From: the human T2T-CHM13v2.0 reference genome, Homo sapiens
DNA: 64,000 bases
NCBI RefSeq assembly: GCF_009914755.1
Contig: NC_060926.1
Direction: 5' to 3' (one strand)
Part shown: piece after piece, positions 56,587-64,000 of the stretch
Layout of the letters: each line of letters begins with the position of its first letter
How positions within the stretch are numbered: the first letter of the stretch is position 1
The notes under the pieces: model-generated
Told to the model about the DNA's origin: nothing
Database searches by the model: none
Seen by the model: the letters and a program-made list of their open reading frames with translations, nothing else
Made by a program: the position numbers and the translations under genes

Positions 56587-57233
56587 GGTATTTTCTATCA
56601 AATGGTTACAGAAATGTCACCATTTGATTACAGAAATGTCAGGAGAAATTGTGACTTTCCCCTTCCTACAACGTTTTGATTGTCATCTTGGAGACCACAA
56701 TATAAGGGAAAAAGTAAAAGATTAAACATATGCTACAAAAAAAATACATTGTCAAAATATGTCCAAAACCCCATTTGACTTGAGAGAAGGTGTTGTCAGT
56801 TGCCCTGTTATAAATGTAAATGGCTTCCTGAAACAGGCACAAATTGAGTCCTTTTAACATATTTTATAGTAGGCCATTTCAAGTTTCTGCCATGGTGGGA
56901 AATCCAACTGATACAAAAAAAAAAAAAAAAGCCAAATTTGTTAAGACTCCAGGCACAATACTAACTCCTGTTTATAAATTTACTTCTAATGGGAACACTC
57001 ACCACAGAAATGGCCCTATATACTTTCCAACTTTGGACTGGGTCCTCCTAAGGACCCAAAAATAAAACAACAAACAAACAAACAAAACAAAGACCTGAAC
57101 ATAGCATGCTGCCAGGTCAAACAGTTTCAATCCAAAGTCCCCAATCAACACCCTCATTCAGCAGGAAGTAACTAGACTAGAGTAGATGCCCCTTTTCCAT
57201 AGAAATGGAATAAAAAATTGACAGTGGAGAATT

Positions 57234-57686
57234 TGTAACTGAGGCAGTCACTCCCTTCTTAAAAGTAAATAGTCATTCTTTCACAATGCTTTACTGTGTA
57301 CTTGCTTAAGAACTCCAAGAACTAACCTTGAGATAAAATCAAGGCTGTGAAATACCCACACCTGGAAAAAAGCTGAGCATTCAATGTTCAATCCTGCTGC
57401 AATCTAGCTGATGCCAGCCAGACTACCAAATGGCCTGTTACTCAAGATAATCATTGGAACAGGACATGCTCATCTGCACTTAGCTAACTTCTGCACAGTT
57501 TCCCAAGCCCCTTCCTTTTAAAACTCCTTTGGCCAGCCAGAAAAAGGGGAGATGGTCTTTACAATGCAAGTTCACCATCTCCTTAAGTTGTTAGCTCCAG
57601 AATAAACCTGCTTTTCCTCACACCATCCCTTGTTTCTGGAGTTTTGGCTTCTGAGTGAAGAGCAGCTGAACCCGAGTTTGGTTATA
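57234..57686 (+). mobile_element. ERV1 3' LTR (MER66-like, uncertain)
   Basis: Preceded by purine-rich GACAGTGGAGAATT; starts TGTAACTGA; AATAAA at 57601; ends GAGTTTGGTTATA. Confidence 0.75.
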
Positions 57687-58061
57687 GTAGTGCAGTCTAC
57701 GACCTCCTATTCCTCCATCCTGCTGACACCACTTCACATTATTTCCTGAAATTTGTATTCTTAAAAGTGATATAGACAAGGTTTAGTCAGATGTGAGAAG
57801 GCCCTTATTTCTTTTGGACCATGGATTTTTAGGAGACTTAGAAAGTGTGCAAAACCATGAAGTGCAAATGCATAGCAAAAAGCAGCGGAAATTTGTACTT
57901 TGGTCTTCATCTAAGTATTTCCGTAGACAAGCATCATAAACCATGGGCTATTGTAAACATCCTAAATCAGCGACAGTTTACTCCATGGCACTTATGTGAA
58001 AAATAAAATGATTAAATAGATTGCTTCCTAATACTTGAATTAAGTTTCAGGTTTTGATTTT

Positions 58062-58363
<302 letters not shown>

Positions 58364-58819
58364 ACATGTTTTGATTTTATATTTATTTTCAATTTGTCAT
58401 ATCATTCTGCCTGCATAAAATTTTCCCTGCTTTGTTAGATGTCTTATTTTCCTTCAGATACTTTCTGTTATCAGGTATACTGTCTTGAATTTGGTCGGGG
58501 CCCAACTGATGCTTTTGTTTATTAACTGGATCCCCAAAGAGCCAGAAATCAAGATGTCTGATATTTTAATGCTTTTTTCAGTTTATATAAATATTTCTTT
58601 TGTTTGTTTTTCTTTGTTAGGATTGTCTTTTTGTTTTGTCTTTCCTTTTTAAAATTCTGCTGCTTTTTTCTTTCCTTTCTTTTATAGATTTCTAAAGAAA
58701 ACATAAATTGGCAGTCTGCATATCTCATTTAAGCCACTTTATTTTTCAATTAGTATTTGAAATTTTTATATCCTTTTGGGTAAGAAACATGGCTTTTAAC
58801 CAAAATATTTTGCTAGGAA

Positions 58820-58845
58820 TGTGTGTGTGTGTGTGTGTGTGTGTG
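58820..58845. repeat. (TG)n microsatellite
   Basis: Direct reading. Confidence 0.95.
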
Positions 58846-59629
58846 TTAATTGAACAAGAAAAGAGAATAATAACATGTGCAGAAGCCTTCAGAGAAGAAT
58901 CCCATGGCTCAGAAATTATTCTTGCTTGTAGTTTAATATTTCTATTAGAGATAGAAATGTACCTCTAAGATAATAATTTTTAAGCAAGTTAAGGAGTGAT
59001 TATGATTAGAAGTGACTATTTAATCAGCCTCAAATGTGTTTTATTAATCTTGTGAAATTTAGTGTCATTGGTATTAAAATAATCAAATTAAAGTTTAGCC
59101 TAGAAAAATAAATTATTTCCCACTTGTTTTTACCAAAGCCTTTGTGGTGAAGAGAAAGAAACAAAAAAGAATGTTTCCTAATATACTGAAACTTTAACCC
59201 AAGATTATTAGAGACTTAAATTAATTTAAGGTTAAAGGCACTTAGAGGTCATGTGGTCTGGTTCCCAATTAGTCTAAGAACAGGTGTATGAAGGGTGGCT
59301 GCAACTAAGAACTACTAATCTACTAATTATTAGAACTTTCTACTGTATAGCAGGATGTGAAGTAATACTTAGTTTTGGCAATTTTCTTGTTAATTATCAA
59401 ATTCATTTTTGCCTGGGGGACAAATAGTTTTTAAAAGATTCTTACTTTGGAAAATTTGAGATTGTTCTTTAGCTCCTTAAATGGAATTCATATTTACAAC
59501 ACTGATGGCTATTTAAACAACAATTTAGACTTTTTGCTTTTGCATATTTACATTATTATATATACATGAATATGTATATATGTATGCACACATATTCACA
59601 CACATACAAAATATATACACACAATGTTT

Positions 59630-61060
59630 AGACAGATAATTATTCATGTTCCCCAAATATTTTTTTTCCAAAAATTTGATCTGCTTATTCTTAACAAAAG
59701 GATGTTGAAATTTCCACAAATAGTTGGCGTATTTGCCAGCTTCTCTTTGAATAACTTGCAGAATTCCTTCTCTATTTGCTTCAGAATGATGCTGTTTCAT
59801 ACCTTATAATCCTGTTCATCATATCTTCTTAAATTATTCATTTTGATTAATTTTTAATAATACTCTGTCCACTAAACATATTAATTTCGAATTTCTGCAT
59901 TTGTTGGTAGTGATATCGCATTTGGTTTTTTCAAAATATCCTCGGTCAAGTATATCTGTCTCTCTCCCTTTATTTGCAGACTTTTCTATATTATTTGTAT
60001 TTTTTGCAATCATTTCATGTTTGTTCAGATTGTAAAATAGCCCTAAAGTCTCTATATTTCAATAGGTATTAACCCACAGTCCTTATGATTACTGAATTCT
60101 ACCATATTGACTTCCTTTATTGCATTCTTGATTTGGTTTTATTTTCATAAGCTTTGTTGAATTGATCCAGCTTTAAATTAGCATTATTTCCCTTTCCCTA
60201 TCCTCTTTCTGAAATAAAATATTCTAGCTGCTATTACCTTATGTATAAAATTTATTTAGAAATTATGCATAATTTTAATTGATATTATCATAGACTGTAT
60301 CTCAACTTGTTTTTTTTCTTTCTCTCTCTTTTTTTTTTTTTTTTTTTTGAGACAGAGTTTCACTCTTGTTGCCCAGGCTGGAGTGCAGTGGTGCAATCTT
60401 GGCTCACTACAACCTCTGCCTCCTGGGTTCAAGTGATTCTCTGCTTCAGCCTCCAAAGTAGCTGGGATTACAGGTGCCCACCACCACGCCCCGCTAATTT
60501 TTGTATTTTTAGTAGAGATGGGGTTTCACCACTTTAGCCAGGCTGCTCTCAAATTCCTGAGCTCAGGTGATCTGCCCTCCTTGGCCTCCCAAAGTACTGG
60601 GATTACAGGCATGAGCCACCACGTCCGGCCTCAGCTTGTTTTCTTATATTTTGGTTTATATTATATTAGCTTTGGTATAGTAAGCTACATTTTTTTCAGA
60701 AAGACTTTATCCCTAATAGACTTTGAGCTCTTGCATATCCAAAATAAATTTTATTTTGCCCTCATAACTGAATGCTCATTTGATTAGCTACAAAGTTCTC
60801 AATTTAACATCATTTTTCCCTCAGCACTTTGGAGGCTTTGCTTGATTGCCTTTAAATATTTTTCTGCTCAAGCTGAAGTTTGATGTCTCTTTTTTTTTTT
60901 TTGGCATGTGACATACTTTGTTCTTTGAAAATATTAACAATTCTATCTTATCTATCTTATCTATGCAGTTCTTAAATGTCACTAACATATATCTGAGTTT
61001 GAATCTGTTTTTATTCACTTTGTTCGGTTCTCAGCTGTTCATTTCAAACTTTAGACTCAT
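59630..61060 (-). mobile_element. Very old L1 (L1ME-like) fragments, interrupted by an Alu
   Basis: T-rich; GATGTTGAAATTTCCAC, TTTTTCCCTCAGCACTTTG, GAAGTTTGATGTC antisense L1 motifs. Confidence 0.5.
60314..60630 (-). mobile_element. Alu (AluSq/Sx-like)
   Basis: TSD TCA(A/G)CTTGTTTT. Confidence 0.96.
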
Positions 61061-61364
61061 TTATTTGATTGTTTGATTCCACTTACTTGTCCCTGTTCTT
61101 TTGGTTGGAGCCTGTAATGCCTGCAAGAAGGCTATTATTATTCTGGATTATTATAGTTATAAAGATAAGAAAGAATAATATATTTTGGAACATATTCACG
61201 TTAAAAAACACACTCAATAGTCTTAATATATGTGAAAACATATATTATGTATGTGTACCTATGTTGAAAACAGAGTAGACACAGCTGAATGTAGTAAGCT
61301 AGAAGACTGAGAAAGAAAAATAACATCTAGAATAATAGCAGCCATCTTGCAGGGGTTCCAGGCT

Positions 61365-61587
61365 GTGTATGCGTATATATATGTTGTTATATATAGAGAG
61401 AGAGTATGCATGCGTATGTGCATGTGTGTGTATATAGATATTTAAATTAAATATTAAATAAAATATATAGTATATATTTATATATATTTTATATATATAC
61501 ATATAGCATATAATTTATACATATTATATATCTATATATAAATATATATACACAGGCACATGCACACACACATAATCCTACATACAC
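61365..61587. repeat. TA-rich / (TG)/(CA) low-complexity tract
   Basis: Direct reading. Confidence 0.85.
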
Positions 61588-62163
61588 TTTTATTCATTTA
61601 TTTCTGTGATTTCTGGGAAATTTTTCTTTCTCAGTATTCTAGCTTACTATCTTCAGTTGTGTCTATTCTGTTTTCCACAAAGGTACATACACATAATAAT
61701 ATATGTTTTAACATATCTTAAGAATATTGAGGTTTTAAACTTGTATATTTTTCAAAATATATTATCCTTTCTTATCTTTACAACTGTAATTATTATATTA
61801 AATTCATTTATCCCTAATTAACTCTGTTTTCTCATGATTTAGTTTTGTTAATTTTGTTGCCTCCATTTTGAGGTCTGAATTTAACACAACATCTGTTGAC
61901 TCTCAGCTGTCTGTTTATATTGCTTGTAGTGGTGTTAGAAAGTGTATTTTCTCAGAGCAAATAAGAATTCTTCTTGCCTTCTTGGGGACAAGCAATCTTA
62001 ATTTTAGGAGACTTGCCTTGGGTTTTTCAACCCACAAAAATCTGTGGCTTTGGAGTATGGGGCTGTATGGAATATGAGGAGCTTATGATAAGGGGATATT
62101 AGCTCCACCGCTGTCTAGGGCAGTCCCTGTACCAACTCTGAATATCTCGTGGATGCAGTCTTT

Positions 62164-62199
62164 CTACACTTGATCTGAGCCAAAAGGCCGAGAAGCTAT
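62164..62199 (-). pseudogene. RNU2: U2 snRNA 3'-truncated (tailless) retropseudogene, nt 1-36
   Basis: Reverse complement ATAGCTTCTCGGCCTTTTGGCTCAGATCAAGTGTAG vs U2 5' end ATCGCTTCTCGGCCTTTTGGCTAAGATCAAGTGTAG (34/36); flanking repeats GGATGCAGTCTTTCTA / GGATGGAATTTTTCTA. Confidence 0.93.
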
Positions 62200-62539
62200 A
62201 GGATGGAATTTTTCTATGCACAGAGTTGAAAGCACAGCTTTGTCCTGGATGTAGTTGCAAAAACTAATATTTTCTTTTCTTCATCTTCTTCTTTACTCTT
62301 TGCTGAAACATTGAATTGACAAGTCTCTAATCTGCTTCTTTTCTGTTTGAGTATCCAGGATAACCACTGTGACTGGGCACATAATCCAATTCTTTAGGAA
62401 TTCATGTTTGAGGTTTAGTGAAGGACAAAATTTTTATGATGCCAATCATTTAGTATAGATGGATGGTGGGAAAGATCTCCTGAAACAATTATTCTGGGGG
62501 CAACCCTTGTATTACAGAAATCACTTCTCCATACTTTAA

Positions 62540-62835
<296 letters not shown>

Positions 62836-63616
62836 CTTCACTCTGTTTTGTTGAATTTTTTTCCATCTAATCTTTATGGTGAGAATGCCTTTTTTTTTTT
62901 TTTTTTGGCCTTTTTCCTTTGTCTGTTTTGGGCTGAAGTTTTTCTCTTTTCTGGTCTTTGTGTGAGTGCAATTCTACATTCTGTTCTAAAGATTATAATT
63001 CCCAGTTGGTTGGATTCAAATTTCCCCAAAGCAGTAGTTCCTTATACAGCACTTTGGCCTGTCATCTCTAGACCTGACTTCAAAAGATAGGTGCTTTTGT
63101 TTTTGAAGATCCCCAAGCATTAGAAATTATCATAAAAAGAATAGTGATTCTAGGATACTAAAAGACTAGGACAGAGTTCCACTGATAACTTTCATTTTTA
63201 TCTCTCCACCTTTTCATTTAGAAGTATTCTCTTTGATCCTTAACAAGTATAGATGCTTTGAAGGGTCTTGCCTTTTCTACATAGATCAGAGGAAAGCACT
63301 TCAACTCTAGAGAAGTTGCAATGAAAGGTTAGCCTTTCTTTCTTTGCTTTTTAATGTTATATTTAGAAGAGGCCACCTTTTGTGAGAAAATGTGCAATGA
63401 AAAATAAAACACTACTCCCTTCTAAGCTCATACATATTTGAAACCAGATGGCTGCCCAAATTCATAATTTCTAGCAATCCATTTACATAAGAATTTATAT
63501 GACTTGGAGGTTAATCCCAGACATTGCCTCTCTTAAGGAAATGAGAAGACCAACGTCTAAATAACTTATTCTTTGAAAATATTAATTAAATAAAACAAAA
63601 GTTAAAGTCTATGATA

Positions 63617-63760
63617 CAGACATACCTTGTTTTATTGTGCCTCTCTTTATTGTGCATCATAGATATGTTTTTTTTTTTAAATGCCAATTGGAGGTTTGTG
63701 GCAACCTTGCATTAAGCAAGTCGATCAACACCATTTTTTCCAACAGCATGTGCTCATTCT
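63617..63760 (+). mobile_element. Tigger1 terminal fragment
   Basis: TA-CAGACATACCTTGTTTTATTG...GGTTTGTGGCAACC...TTTTCCAACAGCATGTGCTCA. Confidence 0.8.
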
Positions 63761-64000
63761 GAGCCTTAAATTTTGAGAACTTATATTCTCTGTTAGCCAG
63801 AAAATTAAGAAGGACCCTACTGTGCTCCTGAGAGATTTCCTCAGTTGGGGCAGAAGGGAAACTGTCATCTACGTATTATAAAACTTTAACCTGATGATAA
63901 ACGAACTCAGAGAGATCTTTTGACAACCCCTGCCCAAACAGGTGGGGGCTGTCTGAGGTAACACTATCCAGGTTAGCTGGGTGGTCTTGTTGGAGGGATC

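Overview
Primate (human or great-ape-like) AT-rich, repeat-dense DNA with no credible protein-coding gene; the listed ORFs are Alu, L1, LTR or satellite fragments or chance ORFs. Positions 1-2950 are the 3' part of a ~47-50-bp-unit satellite (tentatively D20S16-like) with higher-order structure. It ends in AATAAA plus an A-rich tail, as if the array were a retroposed transcript. The rest is layered transposon debris: ~15 Alus plus Alu monomers, many solo LTRs with readable target-site duplications (TSDs), hAT/Tigger/piggyBac MITEs, L2/MIR, two 5'-inverted L1s and a tailless U2 retropseudogene. One inverted L1 is a young L1PA2-type copy carrying a 238-nt pure-A/T palindromic insert. A 7.9-kb nested ERV block has outer ends that are inverted rather than direct LTR copies. 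Several short fold-back (templated-insertion-like) scars and one candidate non-coding exon were also seen. Family names are from recall of consensus sequences, not from a database search.
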